From an uncultured Gemmatimonadales bacterium (GTDB lineage Bacteria; Gemmatimonadota; Gemmatimonadetes; Gemmatimonadales; Gemmatimonadaceae): a stretch of DNA of 64,000 bases. Positions 10,584 to 19,705 of the stretch are shown here, piece after piece. Each line of letters begins with the position of its first letter. The stretch's first letter is position 1. Location: contig CAWKMU010000004.1 of NCBI GenBank assembly GCA_963850905.1, forward strand, positions 160,001-224,000. Reading direction: 5' to 3'. The notes beneath the pieces are model-generated. The model had not been told where the DNA came from and searched no databases. It was given only the letters and a program-made list of their open reading frames with translations. The position numbers were made by a program, and so were the translations under genes.

Positions 10584-11259
10584 ACAGGCCGCCATATCGG
10601 AGCAGGTACTGCGCCAAAGAATAGAGCGTGAGGGAGACCGCGCCCGCCATTGCACCGACACCAACGGTACCGATGAACATGGCGATCGGACGCCATGCTG
10701 GCAGACCGGTCCACCCGTACACCGTCGCCGCGCGACTGGCGGCGAACCAGAACAGGGCGGTCCCCATCCACGTCCACTGGAACCCGGTCTTCAGTTTCGC
10801 GGATCCGATCGCGCCGATCACGACGCCGCGCCACGCCGCGGCCTGACGAAACAACGTCATGAACAACTCGCGCCCGAGCACGACGACGAGGACCCACAGC
10901 GGGAGCCCGACCATACCCAACGGCGTCATGAACGGAGCCGGCTCGCGCCACACCTGAGGCAGTGCCGACAGGGCGACCGTCGCCGGTATGTTGTCGATCC
11001 CGGTGCCTTGCAGCAGAAAGATGGGGACCAGCGCGGCGACCAACAGCACCTTATCCGCGAGCGGATCGAGGAGGCGCCCGAGATTCGTGACCAGGTTGCG
11101 ATCGCGCGCCAGTTTGCCGTCGATGTAGTCAGTGGCCGCCGCGACCACAAACACCGTGAACGCGAGCAGCCGCAGCGGCCACGCTGGCGCCAACGCGAGG
11201 ATGGCCAAGGCCGGCGCGATTGCGATGCGTCCGATGGTGAGAGCGTTCGGCAGGTTCAC
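10552..11259 (-). CDS. pgsA: CDP-alcohol phosphatidyltransferase (PgsA-like)
   Basis: MNLPNALT..R; DYIDGKLAR..VTNLGRLLDPLADK signature; pgsA-cinA synteny. Confidence 0.9.
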   Translation of the reverse strand: MNLPNALTIGRIAIAPALAILALAPAWPLRLLAFTVFVVAAATDYIDGKLARDRNLVTNLGRLLDPLADKVLLVAALVPIFLLQGTGIDNIPATVALSALPQVWREPAPFMTPLGMVGLPLWVLVVVLGRELFMTLFRQAAAWRGVVIGAIGSAKLKTGFQWTWMGTALFWFAASRAATVYGWTGLPAWRPIAMFIGTVGVGAMAGAVSLTLYSLAQYLLRYGGLFAHRTDHHRG

Positions 11260-11313
11260 GATGTGGGCAATCTAACAGGCAGGGACGACGCGATCAGTGC
11301 AGACTATGACGGC

Positions 11314-11426
11314 GGGGTCAAGGGTCAGGTGTCAGGTGTCAGGGAACAAATCAAAGGCCAGCTACGGTGGTGCGTCGCTGGCCGAGGGCGTCGTTCCCAG
11401 ACCCCAGACCCCAGCCCCTTGCTCCC
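11314..11426. repeat. Composite intergenic element: heptamer arm, hairpin, complementary heptamer arm
   Basis: GGGGTCA AGGGTCA GGTGTCA GGTGTCA GGGAACA; GGCCAGC..GCTGGCC; CGTTCCC AGACCCC AGACCCC AGCCCCT TGCTCCC. Confidence 0.75.
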
Positions 11427-11439
11427 GCGGTTCCGGCCT

Positions 11440-12118
11440 TTAGGCCAGCGACTTGAGCACCAACTTGCTCACGGCCTTCAATGTGTCGAACACCCCGTCA
11501 CCGCTGACCGCGACAGCCTCCGAGTACGGCGCGCGCTCGACCCATTCGCCCGTCGGAATCTGCTCGATGAGGTTCTCGCCGGGGTGAGCCAGGTCCGGAG
11601 TGACCCGATGGCGGGTCGTGTCCTCGACCTCCCATCCGGGATTCAGCGCCGCCTTGCAGATCGTTGATCGCCGCGGCATTAGGCAAGTCGCGTTTGTTGT
11701 ACTGCACGATGAATGGCATGCGACGGAGGTCGTAGCCATATTCGGCCATGTTGTCGTACAGATTCTGCATCGCCTCCTGGTTGGCCTCCATGCGCTCGAT
11801 CTGCGAGTCGGCCACAAACACGATGCCGTCGACGCCCTTCAATATCAGCTTTCGGCTGGCGTTGTAATAGACCTGGCCGGGCACCGTGTAGAGGTGAAAT
11901 CGGGTCTTGAAGCCACGGATCGTCCCCAGGTCGACGGGGAGAAAATCGAAGAACAGCGTGCGCTCCGTCTCTGTCGCCAGGGAAATGAGCTTCCCCCGCG
12001 TGTCGGGCTGCACCTTGGTGTACACGTGCTCGAGGTTCGTCGTCTTGCCCCCGAGCCCGGGCCCGTAATAGACGATCTTGCAGTTGATCTCGCGCGAGGC
12101 GTAGTTGATCATCGACAC
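11440..12118 (-). CDS. mglA: MglA small Ras-like GTPase; +1 frameshift near 11655
   Basis: [51 protein letters not shown]-terminus [14 protein letters not shown] in the adjacent frame (ORF 11440..11817). Confidence 0.93.
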
Positions 12119-12136
12119 GACGGGGCCCTCCGTTCC

Positions 12137-12622
12137 CTACTGGAACAGTCGGTCGATCTCATCATCCGCGCCGGCAAGCAGATTGTGTGTCGTGGGGCCA
12201 CCCTCCGCCCCGCGGAGGAAGACCTGCTCGAACAGACGGGTGAGGTCATCGACCGCACCCTTCATTTTCAGGCGAACGAGTCCGAGGGTCGTGCGGTTGT
12301 CGAACAGCACCACCAGGATCACCCGCCGCGCCACATCCGCCAGGTACATCGATTCGCGCTCACCCTGGTGAAACAGCGTGTTGAAATCACGCTCACCAAT
12401 CAGGCGAGCCAGCTGGTCGTTCGCGCTGAAGTCCGCGGCTGTCAGCGTCGCGAAAGCAGTCGGGTCGAAGGCAGGAGGCTCACCAACCGTGGTGACCAGC
12501 TGTCCGGTTCGATCCACCAGGAGCGCGCAGCGGGCGTTGCTCTCGTACAGGAAGCGCTGCAGCGATTGGGTGATTGCGCCGTAGTCATCTTCTGTGAAGG
12601 ACCAACTCGCTGCGCCAACCAT
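12137..12622 (-). CDS. mglB: MglB roadblock/LC7 GTPase-activating protein
   Basis: ALLVDRTGQLV, FATLTAADFSANDQLARLIGE.DF.TLFHQGE, TTLGLVRL, DDEIDRLFQ; directly upstream of mglA. Confidence 0.93.
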   Translation of the reverse strand: MVGAASWSFTEDDYGAITQSLQRFLYESNARCALLVDRTGQLVTTVGEPPAFDPTAFATLTAADFSANDQLARLIGERDFNTLFHQGERESMYLADVARRVILVVLFDNRTTLGLVRLKMKGAVDDLTRLFEQVFLRGAEGGPTTHNLLAGADDEIDRLFQ

Positions 12623-12631
12623 GTGGCCTAC

Positions 12632-12964
12632 CTATTGGAGTGACGCCTCCACGTGCCGCAGCACCTGCCGGCCGCGCCGTCGGAGGACGGGTCGCGCTTC
12701 CCACCTGACGTAGTCGCGCAGGAGCCGCGCGGTGGCCGCCGAGGGTTGCCGGCTGAGATACCCTAGCGCTGCCAGCCGCTGCAGCGGATTCCGGCTAAAC
12801 AAGCCTCGCCGATGCCGCTGCTGCTGACCGCTCCAGAGTACAACGCCAATCGCGAGCCCGCTAACGAAGCCGAGCGTCGCGAGTCCAGCCGCCCCCCGGG
12901 CGCCCACGCTGCCGGGGTAACGCGTGCCGACGACGACTACGAGCCGCCGGCCCGTCAGCTTCAC
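12632..12964 (-). CDS. Hypothetical membrane-anchored basic protein
   Basis: GTGA overlap with the recR stop; one TM helix then helical RLAALGYL..LLRDYVRWE segment. Confidence 0.7.
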   Translation of the reverse strand: MKLTGRRLVVVVGTRYPGSVGARGAAGLATLGFVSGLAIGVVLWSGQQQRHRRGLFSRNPLQRLAALGYLSRQPSAATARLLRDYVRWEARPVLRRRGRQVLRHVEASLQ

Positions 12965-13551
12965 CGCATCTCCCGGCGGGCTGACAGCGCCTGCGCGATA
13001 GTGACGCCGTCCGCGTACTCAAGGTCACCTCCGACCGGTAATCCACGGGCGATACGCGAGACGGTCAGGGGGAAGGACGCCAGCTGCCGCTGGAGGTACA
13101 GAGCCGTCGCCTCCCCTTCGAGACTCGGGTTCGTCGCGATGATAACCTCTCGCACCGCACCGTCGGCGACTCGGGCCACAAGCTGCGAGACCGTCAAATC
13201 CTCGGGGCCAACCCCGTCCAAAGGCGAGAGCCTCCCCCCAAGCACATGATAGAGGCCGCGGAACTCCCCGGCCCGTTCGATGGCACCGATATCGGACGCC
13301 TCCTCGACCGCGCAAATCAGGGCGTTGTCGCGCCGCTTGTCGCGGCATATGCCGCAGACGTCGTCCTCGGTCAAGTTGAAACACCGTTCGCACGTCCGGA
13401 CGCGGTCGGACACCGCCAGCAGGGCACCCGCCAACCGCCGACTCTGCTCAGCCGGATGCTTGAGGAGATGGTACGTCAAACGCAGGGCCGTCTTGCGCCC
13501 AATACCCGGCAGCTTGGCCAACTCGGTCGCCAGATCATCGATCACTGACAC
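12961..13551 (-). CDS. recR: Recombination mediator RecR
   Basis: LPGIGRKTALRL, C4 zinc finger, YHVLGGRLSPLDG, ATNPSLEGEAT, RIARGLPVGGDLEYAD; GTG start with GGAG. Confidence 0.97.
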   Translation of the reverse strand: MSVIDDLATELAKLPGIGRKTALRLTYHLLKHPAEQSRRLAGALLAVSDRVRTCERCFNLTEDDVCGICRDKRRDNALICAVEEASDIGAIERAGEFRGLYHVLGGRLSPLDGVGPEDLTVSQLVARVADGAVREVIIATNPSLEGEATALYLQRQLASFPLTVSRIARGLPVGGDLEYADGVTIAQALSARREMR

Positions 13552-13627
13552 GTCTACTCCGCCTGCGGGTGTCCTGCGGTACACCCGCATCTGGTGCTCG
13601 GCCGCGGCATACACCGCCGTAGCCTTG

Positions 13628-13945
13628 TCAGAACGGGAGCTTGAACGGCAAGGGCAGACCACCCGTCAGCTTGCCCATCTCGGCTTGGGCCAGCGCGGTC
13701 GCCTTTGTCTGCGCATCCGCCACCGCCACAACGATCAGATCCTCGAGCATCTCGACGTCGCTCGCCGACACGACGCTGGGATCCAACTTCACCCGCCGGA
13801 TCTGCCCTTTGCCATCGGCTTCCACGGTGACCATGCCACCACCGGCACTGCCGGTGACGGTCTGCTGCTGGAGTTGATCCTGGAGTTCCTGCAACCGGCC
13901 CTGCATCTGCTGTGCCTGCTGCAGGATCTTCATGATATCCGCCAT
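13628..13945 (-). CDS. ybaB: YbaB/EbfC nucleoid-associated protein
   Basis: QAQQMQ..VTGSAGGGMVTV..DVEMLEDLIVVAV; dnaX-ybaB-recR synteny. Confidence 0.95.
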   Translation of the reverse strand: MADIMKILQQAQQMQGRLQELQDQLQQQTVTGSAGGGMVTVEADGKGQIRRVKLDPSVVSASDVEMLEDLIVVAVADAQTKATALAQAEMGKLTGGLPLPFKLPF

Positions 13946-13975
13946 GGCCACAAATCTAATCGCTGGCCGCGGCTG

Positions 13976-15703
13976 CTACTCGATCACTTCGAGGTCCAAG
14001 GCGTCGATGGCAGCCCCGAGGACGGCGTCTCGCTTTCGCAGCGCGGCGAGCTGTTCTGCCCTGAGCGCCGCCACGCTGAGTCGCTGAGGAGGCGTCCCGC
14101 CGCCCGCCGCGCCAGGTTCGGCAACCGTAACGTGCTCGACCTGTGGCCACACGCCGCGCAGCGCCCGGACAACGTCCTCTCGTCCGGCATGCACCGCGCG
14201 GGCATATATCTCGTTGCGCTCGGCGAGCCGGAGCGTGACCACGCCGGCCTCCGGCCCTGGCTCAGGCACCGTCTGTTCGAGGGCAGCGACAAGCATCGGT
14301 GCGTGGCGTTCGCGGCGAACGGTCGCAATGATCTCTGGCCAGCGCGCACGCAGCGCCTCCGCATCGATCGCGGCCGCACTCGCACCCTGCACCACGCGGT
14401 CGGGCACACGTCGGGCGTCTTCAGTCTTCGGCTCCCTCGCCGCACTCGCCACGGAAGACGCTGGCATCGATTGACGCGTCTCCCGCGAGCCCGCCCCCGA
14501 CCCCGGTCGCTGGCCGGGCGTCGGTGGGGTTTCCGGCTGAGACGTCGAACCTGGGCTCTGATTCTCCAGCGTACGGAGTACATCCTCCAGCACGACGGAT
14601 CGATCCAGCAGGGCACAGCGCACGAGGAGCGTCTCCAGCAGGATCTGCTGCTGGCTGCTTCGGCGAAAGCGCGGCTCGAGCTCGGTCAGCGCCGACACCA
14701 TGCGCAACACATCAGCGGCGGACCACGTGTCGCGATGGCCCTCGAGCGCCCGCTGCGTTCGCTCGCTCACCGCCGGCACCTCGGCCCCGAGCAGTACCGC
14801 GAGTTGCGAGCGAAGGAGATCGGCGAACGCCGCGAGGAACGCAGAAAAATCGACGCCCGCGTCCGCCAACCGGTCGACCGCTGGAAAAATCGCCGCCGCG
14901 TCGCCTCGCGCGATCAGCTCGAGGATCGCGACGCACTCATCCTCGCTCACCAAGCCGAGCGCATCGCGCACCAACTGCGTCGTAACGGCCGTGACGTCAC
15001 CCAATGCCAGTACCTGGTCGGTCAGGCTCAACGCGTCACGCATCGATCCATCGGCCGCCCGAGCGATCAGGGCGAGCGCGTCGTCCTCGGCGCCCACCTG
15101 CTCCCGCGCGAGCACATCACGGAGACGCTGCCGGATGACGGCAGACCCGATCCGCTTGAGGTCGAACCGCTGCAGTCGACTCAGCACCGGCGCGGCAGCC
15201 TGCGCGATTTTCTGCGGCTCCGTCGTGGCGAACACAAAAACCACACGCGGTGGCGGCTCCTCCAGGATCTTCAGAAGCGCGTTCCACGCTTCACGCGTGA
15301 GCATGTGCGCCTCATCGACGATGTACACCTTGTACCGCTCCGCGGTGGACGGGGCGTACATGGCCCGCTCGCGCAAGTCGCGAGCGTCGTCCACACCGCG
15401 ATTCGATGCTGCGTCGATCTCGACGACGTCGAGGCTGGCCGACCCGCTCCAGATGCGCTGGCATGACGTGCACTCGCCGCAGGGCTCGCCGTCATCCCGT
15501 CCTGCGCGGCGCTCGCAGTTGAGCGCCATCGCCAGGACGCGCGCCAGCGTAGTCTTCCCCGTGCCGCGCGGTCCGCAGAACAGATAGCCGTGCGCTACAC
15601 GGTCATGGGCGATGGCGCCTTTGAGGGTCGTCGCGACGTGCGACTGCACCGCGACATCGGCGAACGACTTCGGACGGTACTTGCGGGCGAGAGCGAGCGG
15701 CAT
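13976..15703 (-). CDS. dnaX: DNA polymerase III subunit gamma/tau
   Basis: LARKYRPKSF, GPRGTGKTT, EIDAASNRGVDD, IVDEAHML, NALLKILEEPP, GSMRDALS. Confidence 0.97.
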   Translation of the reverse strand: MPLALARKYRPKSFADVAVQSHVATTLKGAIAHDRVAHGYLFCGPRGTGKTTLARVLAMALNCERRAGRDDGEPCGECTSCQRIWSGSASLDVVEIDAASNRGVDDARDLRERAMYAPSTAERYKVYIVDEAHMLTREAWNALLKILEEPPPRVVFVFATTEPQKIAQAAAPVLSRLQRFDLKRIGSAVIRQRLRDVLAREQVGAEDDALALIARAADGSMRDALSLTDQVLALGDVTAVTTQLVRDALGLVSEDECVAILELIARGDAAAIFPAVDRLADAGVDFSAFLAAFADLLRSQLAVLLGAEVPAVSERTQRALEGHRDTWSAADVLRMVSALTELEPRFRRSSQQQILLETLLVRCALLDRSVVLEDVLRTLENQSPGSTSQPETPPTPGQRPGSGAGSRETRQSMPASSVASAAREPKTEDARRVPDRVVQGASAAAIDAEALRARWPEIIATVRRERHAPMLVAALEQTVPEPGPEAGVVTLRLAERNEIYARAVHAGREDVVRALRGVWPQVEHVTVAEPGAAGGGTPPQRLSVAALRAEQLAALRKRDAVLGAAIDALDLEVIE

Positions 15704-15795
15704 CGACGTCGGTCCAGGACGAACCCGACCGGTGGGAGATGAAAAGCGCGGGCGTGTCGTCGCCTCACCGACGAGGCGACACATTCGGCCCGCGC

Positions 15796-15899
15796 AATAC
15801 TCCAGGCCTGACGGAGCAACGAAAGACACCGCATGCCGCTGCTACCTGCGGGGTCCTGACGGGATTAGCGGGCTCGCGCCCTCCGGGACCTGGAGCACC
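15796..15899 (-). ncRNA. ffs: Small SRP RNA (4.5S)
   Basis: Minus strand GGTGCTCCAGG..CCTGGAGTATT terminal stem; domain IV CCCGTCAGG-ACC-CCGCA-GGT-AGCAGCGG; canonical position upstream of dnaX; TTGTCC-N18-TAACTT promoter upstream. Confidence 0.9.
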
Positions 15900-15947
15900 G
15901 GTAAGTTAACGCCGGCGCACGAGAGGGGACAAGAAGGAGAATTGGGC

Positions 15948-16034
15948 ACGCTGGACGCTAGACAACAAACCTCGAGGCCAGCTTAAGTGTTTCTAGCTGG
16001 CCCTCCAGGTTTGTTCACTGGCGTCCAGCGTCTA
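15948..16034. repeat. Heptamer-armed hairpin element, likely terminator of yihY
   Basis: ACGCTGG ACGCTAG AC..AAACCTCGAGGCCAGCT..AGCTGGCCCTCCAGGTTTG..GCGTCCA GCGTCTA; related to 24922-25027. Confidence 0.7.
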
Positions 16035-17021
16035 CATCAGATTCATCTGCTGAAGCCGCCGCACGCGACGAAGCTCGTACACCTGGCCCACTTCACCGCC
16101 GATGACGAACACGAGGGCGAGGTAGTAGACCCACAGGAAGACGATGACGCCGGCGGCCAGAGCCCCGCTGTACACCGAGCCAGGATTGAAGTGGCGCAAG
16201 TAGATGCGGAACGCCGCCTTGGCGAGCTGGAACAGGATCACGGCGACGCCTGCGGATACCATCGCCTTCTTCAGCGGGATGCGGCGGCTCGGCAGGTACT
16301 TGTACAAGCAGAGGAAGATGAGGCCAACCACGAGCACGGCGAGCGCCCGGCCGGCGTTGTACTGCAGGCTTCCCATGGTCCGCGCCTCGACCCCCAGCTC
16401 GGCCAAGAGCTGCGCGCCGCGCGTCGTCGCGATGGCCAGATACGCGCTGAGCGCCGTATACGCCACGACAAGTAGCGTAGCAATGATCGTGACCCGCACA
16501 TCGAACCATTTCCCGGCGATGATGCCTCGATCGCGGTCGATGTCGAACACGCTCGCCAGGACGCTCCGCAAGGAACCAAACAACCGGGTCGAGAACCACA
16601 CGAATCCAATGGCGCCGTACAGTCCCACCCGGCTCCGTCCCCGAATCAGGTCGAGCAGCAGGGAGTGGACGAACGCCCGAGCAGTACCTGCGCCCTGCCC
16701 TGGCGGCATCAGGCGGTCGAGTAAACCCGACACGTTCACCAGCGAGGTCGTCGGCGACATGTTCAGCGCGTAGCCCAGACCGCTCACCACAAGTAGGCAA
16801 AACGGAATCGCCGCCAGGATGATGTTGAACGCGACACCGCTCGCCAGGAAGAAAATGTTGTCTTCAGCGCTGTTGTCCCACACGCGTCGCACGTAGTCCT
16901 GCAACGCAGCCTGACGCCCCCAGACTGTCCTGCGCGCCACAGCCACGACACGCGGCCAGACGGCATGGCCGGCTACCGTCGGTGACTCCATCGCCGCGTG
17001 CCCCTGGTGGATCTCCGGCAT
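16032..17021 (-). CDS. YihY/BrkB family membrane protein
   Basis: DNIFFLASGVAFNIILAAIPF, LYKYLPSRR, SVYSGALA...LWVYY..VFVIGGE. Confidence 0.9.
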   Translation of the reverse strand: MPEIHQGHAAMESPTVAGHAVWPRVVAVARRTVWGRQAALQDYVRRVWDNSAEDNIFFLASGVAFNIILAAIPFCLLVVSGLGYALNMSPTTSLVNVSGLLDRLMPPGQGAGTARAFVHSLLLDLIRGRSRVGLYGAIGFVWFSTRLFGSLRSVLASVFDIDRDRGIIAGKWFDVRVTIIATLLVVAYTALSAYLAIATTRGAQLLAELGVEARTMGSLQYNAGRALAVLVVGLIFLCLYKYLPSRRIPLKKAMVSAGVAVILFQLAKAAFRIYLRHFNPGSVYSGALAAGVIVFLWVYYLALVFVIGGEVGQVYELRRVRRLQQMNLM

Positions 17022-17057
17022 GCGCTCGCCCGTCGGGCGACCGTGGCCGCGGCGGCG

Positions 17058-17558
17058 CTAGCGCCCGCCGCGTTGCGCGCGGCGCTGTTCCGGTACAGGA
17101 TCCTGGGCCTGGGGCGACGACACCTCGGTAGCCGGCGGTGAGGTGTCGGAATCGGGCCGATGGGGTGCGGCAGGCTGGCTGGGACCGACGTTGTCCAGAC
17201 GCGAGCGCAGATCGCGCTCCGCTTCCCGTGCCGCCGATCGCCCCACTGCGACGGCGTCGCTCAGATGGCGACTCCGATTCGACACCGCAGCACGTGCGGA
17301 CTCGAGCCGTCGCTCCACCTCATCGCGCGCCTGGGTGAAGGTATTCGCGACCCCCTCGGCAGCATCGCGCGCGCTCTGGCGCGCTGACCGGAGTCGACCG
17401 CGCACGGCATTGCGTGTCTCCGCACCGCTCCGCGGTGCGAGCAACAGCGCGATGACCGCTCCCAGCGCTGCACCAAAGAGAAACGGCCCGAGATCGCTGG
17501 ACCGATCGGCGATGACGACATACGGCTCGTCGTCCCTGGATGGCTCATTGCGTGTCAT
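17058..17558 (-). CDS. YtxH domain protein
   Basis: FLFGAALGAVIALLLAPRSGAETR signature; GAGGAG RBS. Confidence 0.88.
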   Translation of the reverse strand: MTRNEPSRDDEPYVVIADRSSDLGPFLFGAALGAVIALLLAPRSGAETRNAVRGRLRSARQSARDAAEGVANTFTQARDEVERRLESARAAVSNRSRHLSDAVAVGRSAAREAERDLRSRLDNVGPSQPAAPHRPDSDTSPPATEVSSPQAQDPVPEQRRAQRGGR

Positions 17559-17614
17559 ACACACTCCTCGTCGGCGTTTCGACGGCCAGGCAGTCGCAAT
17601 CTGGTCCGCCGCGC

Positions 17615-19267
17615 CTAGCGGCGCCGCTTCGGCGCGAGCTTCTTCGCGCCCCCCTTGTCACCGGGCCGAGCGATTCGGGATCCCGGCCCGCTGCCCGCCG
17701 CCGCGCCAATCAGCGGCGCGGCCAACATCCCGCCTCCCAGCGGGTCCATTGCGCTCAAGCCGGCTGGCGCGCTGACGGCATCCAATCTCACGTCGGCAGG
17801 GATGGGCGAGCGCGTCACGCCCGCCGATGCAACCGCTTCGACCGCCGGCGTGCCAGACTCCCGCGGCTCCGACTCGACCACGTCTCCTCGCTCGGGAGTC
17901 TCCTCGAGGACGGCCACGAGCTCGGCGCGCAGTTCCGCCAGCGTAATGCCGAGCAGCTTCGCCGCGCGCGGCAAGTCGCCGTTCGTCGACGCAAATGTCC
18001 GGATCACGAGCTGCCGCCGCGCATCTCGCAGCGATGACCCGACGGGCACAGTCACTGATGTCGGTGTGTCGACGATCGTCGGCACACGGACATGTCGCGG
18101 CATGAGCTCACTCCGCGTGATCACCGGGCCGCGGGCGAGGACCACGGCGCGCTCCACCGCGTTCTTGAGGTCGCGGACGTTGCCGGGCCACGTATACGTG
18201 AGGATCCATTCGATGGCCGCGTCGTCGAATCCGCTGATGGTCTTGCCGTTCTGCTGTGCGAACCGCGCGAGGAACTCGTTGGCCAGGAGCTGAATATCCC
18301 CTGCCCGCTCACGCAACGGGGGCAAGAAGAGCTCGACGACCGCGAGACGATAGTACAAGTCCTCGCGGAGCTCGCCGTCCGCCAACGCGCGCTGCAAGTC
18401 CTTGTTCGTTGCTGCGACGACGCGGATTTCGACCGGGATTTCTTTCTTCCCCCCAAGGCGGCGCACCGTGCGCGTCTCGATGCTGCGCAGCAGCTTGACC
18501 TGAATGTCGGGGGGCATCTCGGCCACCTCGTCCAGGAACAGCGTACCTCCGCTCGCCATCTCGAACGCGCCAGGCTTCTCGTTGGTCGATCCGGTGAACG
18601 CGCCTTTCTCGTGCCCGAACAGCTCGTTCTCGAGTATCTCTTTGGGCAACGCCGCACAGTTCAGCGCGAAGAACGGGCCCTTGTTCCGCTCGCTCTTGCT
18701 GTGCAACGCACGCGCAACCAGTTCCTTGCCAGTACCCGATTCGCCAAGGATGAGCACATTGGCCGTCGATGGAGCGACGGCGTCGATGATTCGGTAGACT
18801 TCGCGCATCGACTCGGACGCGCCAGTGAGCTCGGCGTAGTGCGTGAGGCCCTGCAGCTGCGACGATAGCTCGCGGTTCCGCTCACGCACGGCGTACTTGT
18901 CGAGCGCCTTCGGAATGAGCGCCTTGAGGCGACTCAGCTTCTCTGCGTTGAGCGGCTTCTCAATGTAGTCGTACGCGCCGCTTTGCATCGCCTGAACGGC
19001 GGAGCCAATGGATGCCTGTCCGGTGATGATGATGCACTCGGTGGGGATCCCGCGACGCTGCAGCTCATCGAGCAAGGTCAGTCCGTCGACTCGCGGCATC
19101 TTGAGATCGGCGAGAGCCAGGCCAAATCGCTCGCTGGAAAGACGCTCCAACGCCTGCTCGCCGTCCCCCACGATCTCCACATCGTAGTGGAGATCGGCCA
19201 GGATCGCGCTCAAACCTGCGGCGATCGCCGGCTCGTCATCCGCAATGAGAATCTTTGGTTGGGTCAT
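17615..19267 (-). CDS. Sigma-54-dependent response regulator (NtrC family: REC, AAA+, HTH); ORF stays open upstream to 19678
   Basis: ILIADDEP, ADLKMPRVDG, GESGTGKELVA, ENELFGHEKGAFTGS, LFLDEVAEM, REDLYYRL, WPGNVRDL. Confidence 0.93.
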   Translation of the reverse strand: MTQPKILIADDEPAIAAGLSAILADLHYDVEIVGDGEQALERLSSERFGLALADLKMPRVDGLTLLDELQRRGIPTECIIITGQASIGSAVQAMQSGAYDYIEKPLNAEKLSRLKALIPKALDKYAVRERNRELSSQLQGLTHYAELTGASESMREVYRIIDAVAPSTANVLILGESGTGKELVARALHSKSERNKGPFFALNCAALPKEILENELFGHEKGAFTGSTNEKPGAFEMASGGTLFLDEVAEMPPDIQVKLLRSIETRTVRRLGGKKEIPVEIRVVAATNKDLQRALADGELREDLYYRLAVVELFLPPLRERAGDIQLLANEFLARFAQQNGKTISGFDDAAIEWILTYTWPGNVRDLKNAVERAVVLARGPVITRSELMPRHVRVPTIVDTPTSVTVPVGSSLRDARRQLVIRTFASTNGDLPRAAKLLGITLAELRAELVAVLEETPERGDVVESEPRESGTPAVEAVASAGVTRSPIPADVRLDAVSAPAGLSAMDPLGGGMLAAPLIGAAAGSGPGSRIARPGDKGGAKKLAPKRRR

Positions 19268-19657
19268 AGGCGCGGGTTTAGGCTGGTGCGCAATGTAACC
19301 GTGACGCGCGGCTGACGCCGCTTGATTGTGGTCGGCACGCAATTTGTCGGACGGAGCGCTCGGAGCCAATGCGCTGGCTGATTCGCCCGCACGTGTCGAT
19401 TGCGCGATCTGGCTCCCGTGGGGTGCGCCAGCGTACGTATCGGACGCTCGTTCGCGCGATCCAGTCGCGAGGAGCTGTGCCAGTTCCTCACAGTGCACGA
19501 CGGTCGCGTCCAGGAATCGATTCGTCGCCGGCGGCACCGTGTCGCACCGCGCGAGTGACGCTCGCAGCGCCTCGAGGCTGACGAGCACTGCGTTGATCGA
19601 GTTCCGCACCGTGTGATCAAAATCGGCCTCCGCCCGCCTGGTCGAGGGCTCAGTCAC
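19268..19657 (-). CDS. HisKA/DHp-like segment in frame with the NtrC regulator (N-terminal extension or separate small protein)
   Basis: GGAGG RBS before GTG 19657; DFDHTVRNSINAVLVSLEALR..RFLDATVVHCEELAQLL resembles an H-box helix pair. Confidence 0.5.
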
Positions 19658-19705
19658 GTGGCCTCCACTCGCTGACATGCGTGACGCACGCGGAATGCAA
19701 GTTGA

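Noticed and set aside
13280..15466. 728-aa plus-strand ORF and other long antisense ORFs (e.g. 41852..43828, 22040..23581, 35054..36580)
   Set aside because: Antisense shadows of recognised genes, expected in GC-rich DNA; Arg-rich with no motifs
13976..15703. Programmed frameshift in dnaX producing gamma
   Set aside because: No A-AAA-AAG or long A run seen on the coding strand
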